A stretch of 64,000 nucleotides of DNA from Lama guanicoe. Lineage: Eukaryota. Below the pieces are notes generated by a model that was not told the DNA's origin, did not search any database, and worked only from the letters and a program-made list of their open reading frames with translations. Within the stretch, counting starts at the first letter, position 1. Every line of letters begins with the position of its first letter. A program made the translations under genes and the position numbers. The DNA is taken from NCBI GenBank assembly GCA_013239625.1, contig MU054026.1, forward strand, positions 434,001 to 498,000, in the 5' to 3' direction. Positions 11,220 to 23,141 of this stretch are shown piece after piece.

Positions 11220-12609
11220 GGAAGAGCTGGGTTCGTGAAGGGGAAAGGGGCATCATGACAGGAAGTGGCACAAGCAGAGATCTGGGCACCAGAAGGAGGG
11301 CACCTTGTACTGGGTGTTTAGGAGGAAGGAGAAGCAATGAGTAGGGCTTTTTCGGTTGTACCTGTTTTGGATCATCAGTATCTTAAATACTAAAACAAAT
11401 TTTATTTTGAAAGGAAAGTTAAATTAAGAGATATCGGTAAAAAGGCATTGCCTTGGGCTAAGAAAATAAAACTATTGAAAAACCAAAAATCAACTATATT
11501 TCAATTAAAAATATATATGTATAGTTGATTTTTAAAGTCTATTTCAACGTCTATGGTTGACTTGGACCTTGAATATGTTAAGGACAAGTGAGTACACTTG
11601 AGACAGGGGAAGGTATGATGATGTCATCAAGTCTACAAGAAAGGGTCATAAACTGGGGCGAACATTACCCCCTTGAGTGGAGGCCACTGTCTTTGTCACC
11701 TTGCTCTTGACTTTGAGATAAATACAAAACACAGCAACAATTTGAAACAAATTATTTAGAATGAGAGACTGAAAAAGAAAAAAAAAAAAGCCAACAATGA
11801 AAAGGGAGGAGGAACTGCCAAGAATCATGTAGGACAATAGGTATCAATTGCCCTGTCTTCAGGTACTTACAGAATTACTTGGGTCACTGGAGACACATTT
11901 CTCTTTGAATGTGACTGATGGAAGGGCTCTCTTTCTAAGCAAGAGTTACCAGAAGTTTGTGACTCTAAATAAACTGCTTAATATTGCTGAATACAGGGAA
12001 GAAACAAAACAGAACAGAACAGCCTAGACAGATATTTTGAACTTGCTTCTTAGGAAGTTCAAATAGAGAAAAAAGACGAAGTAGAAGTGACAACTTTCTG
12101 TGGAGTGAATCAGAACACGCTTACAGTGATGGGATGGATTGAAACCTTGATAATGAAGTTCTCTATGGGAGATTGAAAAAAAAACTGGAGAATTAAAAGC
12201 TCACAACATTAGAACAGACATTGAATGTATATCCATTAGAACTGGTGATTAGGGAAACCTTGTTTTAAAATCTACGTGTTATCTGTCAGTGGTAGAGTTT
12301 CATAAAGAGTTTGCTTGGGGGTGGCTTCTCTAACTGTGGGTTAGGAAGGACATAAGAGCGCTTAATTTAAGACAAAACAGAATTTGAGATGCAAAAGTTT
12401 TAAGTGAAGCATCTGTGCTATCACACTACACATTAAGATGCTGTAACTTCTTAGCATTGCATAACATAGTCAGGACAAAGGCACGCTAAGTTGGGGAGTT
12501 AACAAAGTTGGAACCTATGTAACTCTTCTTTGGGACCCAGACCCCGCTTCCTCCAGCTGCCGCCTCACCCCTTCGTTTTCCATGACTCAGACTTAAGTCC
12601 AGGCCCTTG

Positions 12610-13207
12610 TGTTAGAGCAGGCAGATAGCTGGATGTGAGCAGAGAAAGGGGGACACAGGCCAGATGGCAAGACCCTACATCATGTAAACAACAGGGGTCC
12701 TGGGACAGACAGAGAAAAGCAGGAACCTCTGGGCTGATAAGCGATCACACACTTTGGGGTGACAAGTGGCCTGGGGGCAGGCAAAGAAAGGTGGTAAAAG
12801 GCAGGAATCTCCAGTGTCAGCATGTAACCTTTTGCTCATTATGCTCTAATTTCAATAAAATTAGCCTTGCAGATCAGAAGTACCCATCATGTACTGATGC
12901 CATGACACTTCCGATCCAGACTCAGTAAGGACAAAACTCCCTCCTGCCTTCAGGAAGGTGGAGCTGGGATAAAAATCAGGAAATGCAACCCCAAACCCTT
13001 CCCTCCCCAGTGAATATTCCACACATTCTTTTTTACACCTTATGTAACCAACTTGCCAAAGAAACTCAGTGCAGCCGCTCACCTGAGCCTGCCCGCCCTC
13101 CCCTTAGGAGTGTACTATCCATCCTTTAATAAGTCCCCACTTCTTGACCTCCATGTGTATGTCTGAATTCTTTCTGGAATGGGACAAGAACCTAATGGCC
13201 ACCAACA
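12610..13207 (+). mobile_element. Solo LTR, family A (copies at 19678 and 59098)
   Basis: tgttagagcaggcag ... ccaccaaca; TSD cttg/cgtg; extensive similarity to 59098-59754 and to the reverse complement of 19678-20276. Confidence 0.85.
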
Positions 13208-15019
13208 CGTGTACCTGTGTCTACTGTTGGGGACAACGTCTGTCCCGCTCATTTGCCCTCTTCAGACACTGTCAGCTGAGACGCTGTTTTTGTCGAGGGA
13301 CACCCGTGGTCAGGCCCCACTCAGTGCAATTCAACACATCAGGTTCTTGGCTGGCCGCCCAGAGACTCTGACTCCGCAACAGAAAAACTCCACGAGGTGC
13401 AGACAAGAATGCTCTTGCTCAGACGTCCATGGTCATATTCTGAGTATTTGTTCAGATCGAGCTGCAGTTGTTTGCCGCTGTCAGGGGTTATTAAGGCGTT
13501 GTTAGCTTGGTTAGCTTGGTTTCTCTTTTCTCTAAAGCAGATCAGGATCCCCCACCCCCCGACCTTGCTTTCTCACGCTTTCCTCTGCCCATCGTGTCTC
13601 ACAAGACAAAGTGCTGGACTCGTGGCTTTCATCTCCTTTCTCCCTGGGGTGCCTGATTCAAACCTCCCATCTGGTTGCTGCCTCTGTGGCCAGTGCTGTC
13701 CTGCACCCTCAGGCAGAGATACCCCATCGTGACACTCTTAAGTATTTTGTTCTTTCATGCCCATTGAAACCTCAGATCTGGTGGTAAGGTGGGGAACAAA
13801 CAGCTGAAATCCCTGTGTAACAATAAGTAGAGAGATTCTCTCATTCAGTCAAAGGATTTGTTGCAAATGACAGAATTTACACTCTCTATAGCAAACTGCC
13901 TACACCTCACTGTGCGTAACTGATATGTAAGAAATTATAAAGGGTGCTTAGTGGAATGGGTGGTCCCCCTTACCGACGCGGCTGATGGAGCAGTGTTGGA
14001 TCTGTTTAGATTATTTTCCTTTGCTAAGCTCATGGTGCTCTTATCACACTTGTTGTTGCTTTAGGATCTTGTGCCCTTGCTAAAAACGCAGCTCTTAAGC
14101 GCTGATTTTCTCGGTTCATTTCTGAGAAGGTTTTGCTCCCTTCTCTGTGCTTTGCAGAGTGCTGGCTGTGATGGTAGAGTGAAGGGTGTTTCTTTCTCCC
14201 TTCCCCTCCCTCCCTCCATTCCCCCCACCCAGGTCCTTCCCTCCCGCTCTCCCTCAGTTCTGCAGTTGTGTTATCTTTGCTGTGATAGGCACCCTCTGAC
14301 AGTCTGATGTAGACGAGAACCCACAGCGGGTGAAGGGGACAGTGGGAGGGATTGTTACCCTCCTTGTCTCTGTACCTCTGCTACCCCATCTTGCTAAAGT
14401 AGGTTTCTGACCCTTCATGGTAGGGAAACGGGGAGCGAGCATGGGGGGAAGGCTGGGAAGTTGTTAATTGAATGGACCTGCCCCGGGAGAGCTTTGGGGG
14501 GCGTTGGGTCCCGTGGGTGTTTCAGGGTGTCTGTCTCAGGTGCGTGCCTCACTGACCTCCTCACAGAGCCCACGCTACCAGTCACACTCCAGCCTCGCCC
14601 TTGGCCCTTCTTTTCTGGGATTTAACGTGGCTCCAGGCCAGCTCCCTCGCCTGTTTGGACCACATCTGGTCCATGAGAAACTCTCCTGCCTCCTTTGCCC
14701 CAACAAAGCAGCGACTCTCTCCCTCCAAAGCTGTGCACTGGCTGTCTCTGGTCCTCTGGGCTTCCTGGACCAGAGTCAGACGCCAGGCCACTGAGCCCTC
14801 TCCTCACTGCAGGGCACCCATGAGGTTTTTACTTGCAGTTTCTCCTCCTTAGTGCTCAGACACTGGGCTGGACCACGGGAGAAATACAGCTGATTTCAGA
14901 AGTTCTTCTTCCTTTCAATCCTGAGTGAATATCTTTGAACTAAGAGTTTCTTCCCTCCCCTTTTCCTTAGCCTGTATTTCCCCTGAGCAGGGCATTCTAG
15001 AGACCCTAGGGACATGTAA

Positions 15020-15145
15020 AATGGGGATAATAATGGTTCCTACTTCACAGGGTTATACGAAGGTTAAATGAGTTAATGTGTGCAAAGCACTTAGAACAGA
15101 CTCCAGCCCGTAGTAATTGCCATGTAAGTCTCAGCTATTATCATA
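15020..15145 (+). mobile_element. MIR fragment
   Basis: tgtaaaatggggataataat...ttaaatgagttaatgtgtgcaaagcacttagaacag. Confidence 0.8.
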
Positions 15146-15413
15146 ATTGCAGTGCCATGGGGATGAACCCTCCAGTTCATCCTCTGGTTCTGTGGGTGTG
15201 AGGCAGAGGGCTGCAGGTAAAGGCGGGGGGGAAAAAGGCAAGGATTAGTCTTGAACAGGAAGGAGACAAGCGACTCACAGAGAGGGAACTATGTACATTA
15301 GGTTTATTAACTGGACAGGAAGTAGCTAATTAAAAACAGTATTACTGACATTTCTTTGAGCTTGGCTTCATGAAGAGGAAATGTTGAGCAGCTGGACAGT
15401 GAAATATTAAAAT

Positions 15414-15520
15414 GATTAGCATTTAAAAGAATTATTATGAAAATTATTATTAGCATTAAAATTATTATTAGCATTAAGAATTATTAGCATGAAAATTATT
15501 AGCATTAGAAATACTAGCAT
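15414..15520. repeat. Degenerate AT-rich tandem repeat (attattagcatt-like units)
   Basis: Repeated (a)attattagcat units with A-rich spacers. Confidence 0.75.
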
Positions 15521-15584
15521 TTGGCTAGGTTGGAAGAAAGAGTTGATGTTTACTGCCTTCATTGCCTTGTTAGATACATACAGC

Positions 15585-16071
15585 TGAGGTGGGAAGCCCC
15601 AGGCAAAGATCGGCAGGACCCCCAGGCAGGGCCACTGCTTTCCTGCCAGCGCCATCTGGTTTCCTGGCCCGGCGGCATTATCTCGCTTTTGCGCCTCTAT
15701 AAAACAGCTTGCTTCTAGGAAAGCAGAACTTACCCCTAAGATTCTATTGGTTCCCTGAGCTCACTCCTGATTGATCCATTTGTAACACCTCATTTGCATG
15801 AAACTCACTCCTGATTGGTCCACTTGTAAAAAGCTCTTTCCTGATTGGTCAACTTTGTTATACCTTATTTGCATATGATGTTGCAAAGCTTAGACTGGCA
15901 GCTTATAAAAACCTGTGTAAACCCACAGACAGGGTCCAGAGCTTGGGGTGTTAACTCCTCTGGGCCTGTGGCCTAATAAAGCTGAGCTCTCCAACCCTCC
16001 GAGTGCTGCTTGGTCTCTCGCTGGAGTCCAGGTTGCTGTCACAACTGAGCTGTAACACACTTGCTGCAACA
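15585..16071 (+). mobile_element. Solo LTR with CCAAT/octamer repeats
   Basis: tgaggtggg ... gctgcaaca; TSD cagc/cagt; TATAAAA at about 15904; AATAAA at about 15975. Confidence 0.85.
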
Positions 16072-17934
16072 CAGTAATTAATCCTTTGTTTAGTGAATCT
16101 GGTGAACTTTAAGAATCCCAGTTTATGCCTCAACAGTGTCTAAATGATTGAGATTTCAAAAGGATTCTGAAACCCAATAGAAATTAAGATGCCAACTCGT
16201 TAGCCTATAGGCTGTCCATACACACCTGCTAGCAGTTGAGTTACTGTCCACTTTAGTCCTCAAGCTGTTGTTGTGTTCTGGGTTCTCAGGCCACTGAGAG
16301 GTGCGAGGTACGCAAACACAGCCCAGGTCATTCAGCAAAAGGCCCACCATGCTTTAGGAGTCCTGTGTGTTCCCAATTTCTGTAAGATGAGCACGTTCTT
16401 TACAAAGAGAGAAAACACCCCTCCAACCGGAACTAGTCAGCACCGTGATGGCTGTGGCCCCGCCCTGCTCCTTCTGCTCGCCCGCTCGCCTGGCTTCTCC
16501 CCAGCCTCCGCTGGCCTCCCCGTCTGCCGGCACCCGGAGCCCTGCTGACCGGCTCAGCCTGTACGTGGCCGTTCAGATCCCGCCGGCTCTGTCTCCTCTC
16601 TCCCAGCAGCTGCATGTAAAACACGGCCGTTCTGCACGTTTTAATTTAGCCACATTGATTTCCGTTGATGTCTTGTCAGATACTCTGAAGCCCACGGCCT
16701 CATCAGCCACACGGGGCAGATCAGAGACGGGCCCTCTGGTCTTTGGACCCTGATTATTCTTTCTCTTTATTCTGATTTTTCTCTTGGCATTATAGAATTA
16801 TGTGGCCAAGGGAAGCCTGGGGGAGGGGGAAGGGAGGAGGGAGTAAGAGGTCAGTGCTCACAAGAACAAAAGAACTGCAAATCAGGACCTCTCTCCACAA
16901 GCACCTTCCTTTTCAGAGCCAGTGCGGACCCACCCATCATCTCCCAGGATTCCCAGCGCAGGGCGGGCTTGGGCCAAGCGAGCGGTGCCTGGGCCCCCTC
17001 TGCGCAGTCGTCCTGCCTTCCTCCAGTGGACCCTCCCACTGCCTTTGGGGGCTTCACATCCCACATATTTATTGCAGAGATAAAAAGGAGTCTTTGCTGG
17101 AGCCCCTGGCTGGAGAGCAGCAGGTGGCCCCGGGCTGCTGCTGCTGCTGCAGGCTGGCCTCTCGGCAAATGTTTGACCAGGTTTCTTTTGTCCTTGTTCT
17201 CATTTTGTTTGGGTATTTCTGGTTGTTGCTTTACTGAACACATCCAGAGATGACATGTGCCCTAACTGCATTTCCTGAGTACTTCTGACAATTCTGATAA
17301 ACTATTGGTTTTCAAAATTCAAGTCCTGGCGTTGCAAGTTCCTCCAATATTTGAGTCTGGTTTGTACATGAAGGTGGGTCGGGATTGGAGGGGCTATGAA
17401 TAATATATGCAATTTGTAACCATCTGTGGAGCTGAAAATAAATTAGATTGTGTGTGTGTGTGTCTCTGTGCGTGTGTATAAAATCTCTGAATTTGCATCC
17501 TGTTTTCAGAATTCAGAGTTTTAAGTGTAAGTTGGTGTCTTTATCTGACCTGTCAACATTACAGATGATACTGTATATTTATAAAGATATTTGCATATCT
17601 TTTATCAGATGGATGTTCTTAGATGATTTAATGCTCCAGTTTATATTTGGAAAATAAATTAATAAATGAAATGAAGGAGGAAAGCTCAGGGGATTTGACT
17701 CAATGCCTGGTCCTAAACTCCTCTTGCACTTGGGACGTGTGACCTTTGAGGGAGTCAACGCAGGGTGTAGGCAGATTAGGGAAATAGAACCCCGCCCACC
17801 TCTTTCTCTTTTGTGACTGCCCACCTGCAGACGTGCAGTGTATCCTAATTCAGAGGTTTATTGTGGACCCTGCAGTTCACTGGTCATAATGTAAAATGCA
17901 CCTCCCTTCTGTTGAGCTTTAAATGGACAGCCTT

Positions 17935-17990
17935 TTTTTTTTTTTTTATTTTTTACCTTTTTTTTTTACTGAGTTATAGTCAGTTTACAA
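17935..17990 (-). mobile_element. Extremely 5'-truncated L1 insertion (about 20 nt of 3' end plus poly(A))
   Basis: polyT then actgagttatagtcagtttacaa; TSD taaatggacagcctt (17920-17934) / taaatgcacagtctt (17991-18005). Confidence 0.8.
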
Positions 17991-18419
17991 TAAATGCACA
18001 GTCTTGAAGACCTAAAGTATCCAAGTTAAAAAAAAATGGAGTTCCTTAAGAGCTTCCATAGCAAAAGCAAGCCTGGTTGAAAAAGTCCTTTTACATATGT
18101 TATCTCACTCCGATTTGTCTTTTACAGCTACAGAGGAAGCCCTATTTATAAGGATGGATTGCATTATGTATGTTTTACAGATGAGAAAACTGATATTCAG
18201 AGAGCTAAGACATTTAAAGCCACCATAAGCCTCAGCCCCAAGATATGAAGGTTCATTTCATCTCACTTGAAGTGCTTTCCATCCCGTGATACAGCACAGC
18301 CTCTCTTCCCTAATGCTGGAGTTTCAGGCACTAGGACAGAAGAGGGGGAGAGACTTTGGGGTTAAAGAAGCTTACTCGTGTCTTTGAGGATGGCCCTCTG
18401 TTCCATCTCATCTGGAGGA

Positions 18420-18630
18420 ATACTGTGGTAGAGCAAAACCTGCTTGGAATCAGACAGAATTCAGTTAATCCAGCTCTGCCGCTTGCTAGCTGTGAGAACT
18501 TTGCAAAGCATTCGACGTCTCTGAGCTCCAATTTTGCATTCTGTAAAATGGAAAAACATTAAAGAATTGTGAGAATTTGAGATGTTCATATAACAGTCCC
18601 AGCTTAGAGCGGAAACCAAGGAGATATTAA
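18420..18630 (+). mobile_element. MIR (another MIR fragment on minus at about 18150-18230)
   Basis: cttggaatcagacagaattcagttaatccagctctgcc.cttgctagctgtg...tctctgagctcc...catctgtaaaatgg-like core. Confidence 0.75.
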
Positions 18631-18780
18631 TGCCTCACGTTTGCTTTCTCCTTTTTGGAGATGAGGAAAGCTCAAATAAGAAGACAGTTCGGGCTATGCA
18701 CACAAGTGTTTACACCCAGATTGGCTTCAGGTTAAAAAAAGAAAACTGGTCAAATTCAGGCACACAATGATTTTTTTTTT

Positions 18781-19492
18781 TTCTATTATCAAATAGTTGA
18801 TTCCACTGAGTTTGGATTTTCCAGCTGGGTTTTTAAGTGGAGATAAGAGTTTGCTTTCACTGAGTTCTCGTCCTTGGCCACCTAACACGCTCATCTGGAG
18901 GACTCACTCTGGGGACAAGAAAACAAACTTGAAGCAACAGCATCAAGAACTGGGAGGGGTCTGAGAGTGTTTTCTTTACTTGCCAGCTAACAGGCGGTCA
19001 GCCACAGCTTCACGGGCACTGGCGGGTGGAAGACTCGTGACTCCTGAGTCAGAGACAAAGGACCTCAGTGCTCACAGCACTACATGAGCTTTTCGTTCAT
19101 GTCAGTTCCCCGTGGCCCTCAAGACCTGAAGCAACATTCTATTATCAAATAGTTGATTCCACTGAGTTTGGATTTTCCAGCTGGGTTTTTAAGTGGAGAT
19201 AAGAGTTTGCTTTCACTGAGTTCTCGTCCTTGGCCACCTAACATGCTCATCTGGAGGACTCACTCTGGGGACAAGAAAACAAACTTGAAGCAACAGCATC
19301 AAGAACTGGGAGGGGTCTGAGAGTGTTTTCTTTACTTGCCAGCTAACAGGCGGTCAGCCACAGCTTCACGGGCACTGGCGGGTGGAAGACTCGTGACTCC
19401 TGAGTCAGAGACAAAGGACCTCAGTGCTCACAGCACTACATGAGCTTTTCGTTCATGTCAGTTCCCCGTGGCCCTCAAGACCTGAAGCAACA
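18781..19492. repeat. Direct tandem duplication, 2 x 356 bp, one mismatch
   Basis: 18781-19136 equals 19137-19492 except C18888/T19244 (CpG to TpG). Confidence 0.95.
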
Positions 19493-20325
19493 GGGTCAGC
19501 CCAGGGAGATGCTGCACAGAGAGTGTCCCGCATCAAGGCTGAAAACCCCCCAATTTACAAAACCCCCCATTTTATAGTGGGCTGCAAGTAAACCTTTACA
19601 ACTTTACCCAGATGCAGTTATCTTTCTTATACTGAGCAGCAAGCAAACCTGCCCTTGGTCTGGAGGGAGAGTTCTTCTATCACTGGAGTGTAGGTTCTTG
19701 CCTTCTCTCAGGAAGAATTCAGAGACAGACACGCAGGTCAAGAAAGTAAAGTGAGGCTTTATTAAGTGACAGTACACTCCCAGGGGGAGAGCGGGAAGAC
19801 TCAGGTGAGTAGCTGTGCCCAGTGTCTTTGACAAGCTAGTTATATGGGGTGTAAAAATGAATGGGAAGAATATTCATGGGCAGGGAGGGGCTTGGGGCTA
19901 TTTCCTGATTTTCATCCCAGCTCCACCTTCCCGAGAGAAGGAGAGATTTTTGTCCTTATTTAGTCTTGATCAAAAGTGTTGTGACATCAATGCATGATGG
20001 ATACTTCTCATCTGCAAGGCTAGTTTTATTGCAATGAGGGCATAATAAGCAAAAGTTACATTCAGATGCTGGAGGTTTCTGCCTTTCTGTACATTTTTTT
20101 AATCTGCCTCCAGGGCACTTGTCACCCTAAAATGTGTCATTTCTTGTAAGTCCAGAGGTTCCTGCTTTTCTTTGTCTGCCCAGGGACCCCTGTGGTTCAC
20201 AGGATGTGTAGTTTCCTGCTGTTTGACCCATCCCCCCCTTTCTCTGCTCATAAATGGCTATCTACCTGCTCTAACACTTCTGAGGCCATTAACTATACAA
20301 ACATCCTTGAAACGATAGTCCAGGG
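19316..20325 (-). mobile_element. Old LTR element hosting a younger LTR; its end is also in the duplicated copy at about 18960-19136
   Basis: gactcctgagtcagagacaaaggac...agcaaacctgcccttgg...|ctatacaaacatccttgaaacgatagtccag, split by the 19678-20276 LTR. Confidence 0.55.
19678..20276 (-). mobile_element. Solo LTR, family A
   Basis: Ends ctatctacctgctctaaca (reverse of tgttagagcagg); exact TSD CTTC at 19674-19677 and 20277-20280. Confidence 0.9.
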
Positions 20326-20535
20326 AGAGGAGGAGGGACAAATTAGGAGTTTGGGATTAACAGATACAGAGTACCATACATAAAATAAAGGAATTAAACC
20401 CAATATCTTGTAATAGCTTTAACAGAATATAATCTGCAAAGAAATTGAATCACTATGCTGTACACCTGAAACTAACACACTAGTGTAAATGAACTATACT
20501 TCAAATAAATAACAAATAAACGTGAAAATTAAATT
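20326..20535 (+). mobile_element. L1 3' end
   Basis: aattaggagtttgggattaacagataca...gaatcactatgctgtacacctgaaactaacac...aactatacttcaaataaa. Confidence 0.85.
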
Positions 20536-20637
20536 AAAATGTCCACAACAAAGAGAGTCAGGGCCTCTGCTTACAAGATATACAGAAACAAGAAAGATCC
20601 GTAGAGAGTTGTCTGTCTCCCCCGGAATTCACACACC

Positions 20638-21076
20638 TATGAGTGAAAAATGTTGCAGCCATAGCAGTGAACAAAGGATGCTGTGGCCATCAAGCCATCA
20701 GCCACTACCGCCGCCCCCGACAATGAGCGGAGGGAACTCAGGATGGGGAAGAACAGGATGCTGACCTTAGATAGCTAGCTTCATAGCAAAGGAACGATTT
20801 CAATGAGCCCAAACCGTTGCACCTTCCCATATATAGAAAAGCGCTAAATTCTTTAACTTGAGATACCTGATTTTCTTTAAGTAAGTCATCTTTTTGATGT
20901 TCCGACTACCTGGTCTTTGTTGCAAAAACTCCTGTCTCCTGCTTCTATCTTGTCACTTCGGAGCAGTCCCTCAGAGCCATCTAAGAGGCTGTCATCCCAG
21001 GCTTAAGTCCTCAGAAATTTCCAGGGAATAAAGCATAACTCTCAACTCTTAGGCTGTGTGTTTATTTCAGTCGACA
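20638..21076 (+). mobile_element. Solo LTR
   Basis: AATAAA at about 21027 and 3' end ttttatttcagtcgaca-like; 5' end and TSD uncertain. Confidence 0.65.
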
Positions 21077-21372
21077 CCTCCTTGGAAAACCCTGATAGTT
21101 TTCTGCATTTGAGCTTTTTCTCCCTTACCAGTAAATTGGCCAGTCTTCACATTTTAAAACATTACCCCCTCCCCAAATATTTAAAATATTTGTTATTGAC
21201 CATTTACTATGTGCCAGGCATTGCTGATGCTTCTCGTTAAGTTAGTTACTTTTACCTCCTTTCCCCGGATGAAGAAACCGAGGTCTAAGTATTAAGATCA
21301 CTTGCTTAACCAGGGTCACATTGGCGATGAGTGGACAGGGTTTGGAAAGATCTTCTGATTCTGTGCAATCTG

Positions 21373-21373
<1 letters not shown>

Positions 21374-21403
<30 letters not shown>

Positions 21404-21426
21404 GGAAAGAAAGAAAGAAAGAAAAA

Positions 21427-21502
<76 letters not shown>

Positions 21503-21580
21503 GAAGGAAGGAAGGAAGGAAGGAAGGAAGGAAGGAAGGAAGGAAGGAAGGAAGAAAAAGAAAGAAGGGAGGGAGGGAGA
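21374..21580. repeat. Compound polypurine microsatellite (GAAA)n-(GA)n-(GAAG)n beside a MIR fragment
   Basis: Read directly; explains the low-complexity ORFs at 21242-21698. Confidence 0.95.
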
Positions 21581-22494
21581 AAACAAAATGTGTCTTATAC
21601 AGTTCTTGAAATACACTTGGAGAGGGGAGGAATGGGTGTATATGGAATAGAAAATTGGGAAGCAAGGACAGAAAAACTGGGGTAAAAATTCCCTTCACAT
21701 TTTACTGTCACCATTTAAGTCATTATGTATACAAAGAGTGCTTGGGGAAAGCTGCAAAATAATTAATAGAGCAGGGAAGGAACATTTATATTTCAATTGT
21801 CTGCATTTAGGAAACATTCTGCATATCTGTCCAAGGCTTCCGGGCATGGCTTTGAATATGAATGAGAGAAGAGGTAACAGAGGAGACCTAGAGGCAAGAA
21901 AAGGCAACTAGAGGGCGGGGCACATCAAGGGAGGTGCAAGTCCCGGCCAGACCTCACCGCCAGGGAAGTTCAAGTGTGCCTTTGGCTGTTTTCTCACCGA
22001 ACGGGGCCCCTTTATGGCCTCCGAGACTTACCAGTGATGGCATCCGAAACCTGGGCCATCATTTTCCTGCATAATGGGCTTGTGTTGGCCGCATGCAATA
22101 TAAAAGTTATCGGGCTGTGACCAGTCACTTCATAAATTTTCAGATGCATTGATTAGGTCAGTAAGTGCCACAATCCTAGAAGGAGACAAAGCTACTGGTT
22201 TTCAGCCAAACTTACTTAAATTCATGAGACCTTGAGGACGCTGCCTTTAGTTAGCACAAAAATGGGCTTACCCCTTCCAAGAGAAGCTATAAAAATAAAG
22301 ACCCCAAAGCTTTGCAATACTTTGTAACTTTTTTTTTATCCCTGTAGCTGAGAGGGTAAATAAACAGGAGCTGTTATCTCCAATTTCATGCTTCAGTTTT
22401 ATACATGAGACAGCTTTATTTATGCAGAGTTAAATGACTGCTGAATCCATCCAGCTAATTGCTGGTAGAGCGTAAAACGAGGAACAAAAGCTTT

Positions 22495-22510
22495 CCACTA
22501 GATGGCGCTG
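22495..22510 (+). promoter_or_regulatory. Candidate CTCF site CCACTAGATGGCGCTG
   Basis: Full match to the CTCF core consensus CCASYAGRKGGCRS, in non-repeat DNA. Confidence 0.6.
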
Positions 22511-22533
22511 CCCACCAAGCTGGAGGCTTGGGG

Positions 22534-22536
<3 letters not shown>

Positions 22537-22570
<34 letters not shown>
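22537..22570. repeat. Poly(C) run, 34 nt
   Basis: Read directly. Confidence 0.9.
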
Positions 22571-22703
22571 AGAGCTTGTTTCTCAGAAGCCCGGAGGAAT
22601 TGGCTTTTTTCCCCCTCCCTTAAATAACTGAAAGAAGAAAGCCTCATTAAATGTTCTATGGGCTTCCTTAACTTCCCTCTGCTCAACTATAATTTCGTGT
22701 AGT

Positions 22704-23141
22704 TGTGATAGAGAACAAATCTGACTCCATATTGGATCTGTTCCTTTTGGCTTTGACTGCTGTGCCCTGTTCCCCAGGCTTAGTCTTGCTGGCTCTGCAC
22801 TCACATAAAAATAGCAAAGTTGCAGAATAGAGAATAGCGTTTGTTTTGTTGGAGGTTTTGCAGGAGCACCATGACCTGGCCCACATGGACGGCTGCAGGA
22901 ACAAAGAATTCCTGCAGAAAGAAGTTTGCAACAACCAACCACACCCCCTCCCTTTTTTTTTTTTTTGGTATAAAAGGAGCTGTATTCTGACTGGGGCAGG
23001 ATGGTTCTCCAAGACGTTAGTCTGCCATCCTCCCCGTCTGCTGGCTTTCCGAATAAAGTCTCTATTCCTTGCCCCAACACCTCGTTTCCCGATTTATTGG
23101 CCAGTTGTGGGGAGAGCAGAACGAGTTTGGACTCGGTAACA
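22704..23141 (+). mobile_element. Solo LTR, family B (copy at 57710)
   Basis: tgtgatagagaacaaatctgactcc ... gagtttggactcggtaaca; exact TSD TAGT; TATAAAA and AATAAA present. Confidence 0.9.

Noticed and set aside
15414..15520. Repeat-spacer-like pattern (CRISPR-like)
   Set aside because: Degenerate low-complexity units without unique spacers; mammalian context; no cas genes.
21242..21698. Four ORFs of 92-130 aa (KERK/FLSF repeats)
   Set aside because: Translations of the (GAAA)n/(GAAG)n microsatellite.
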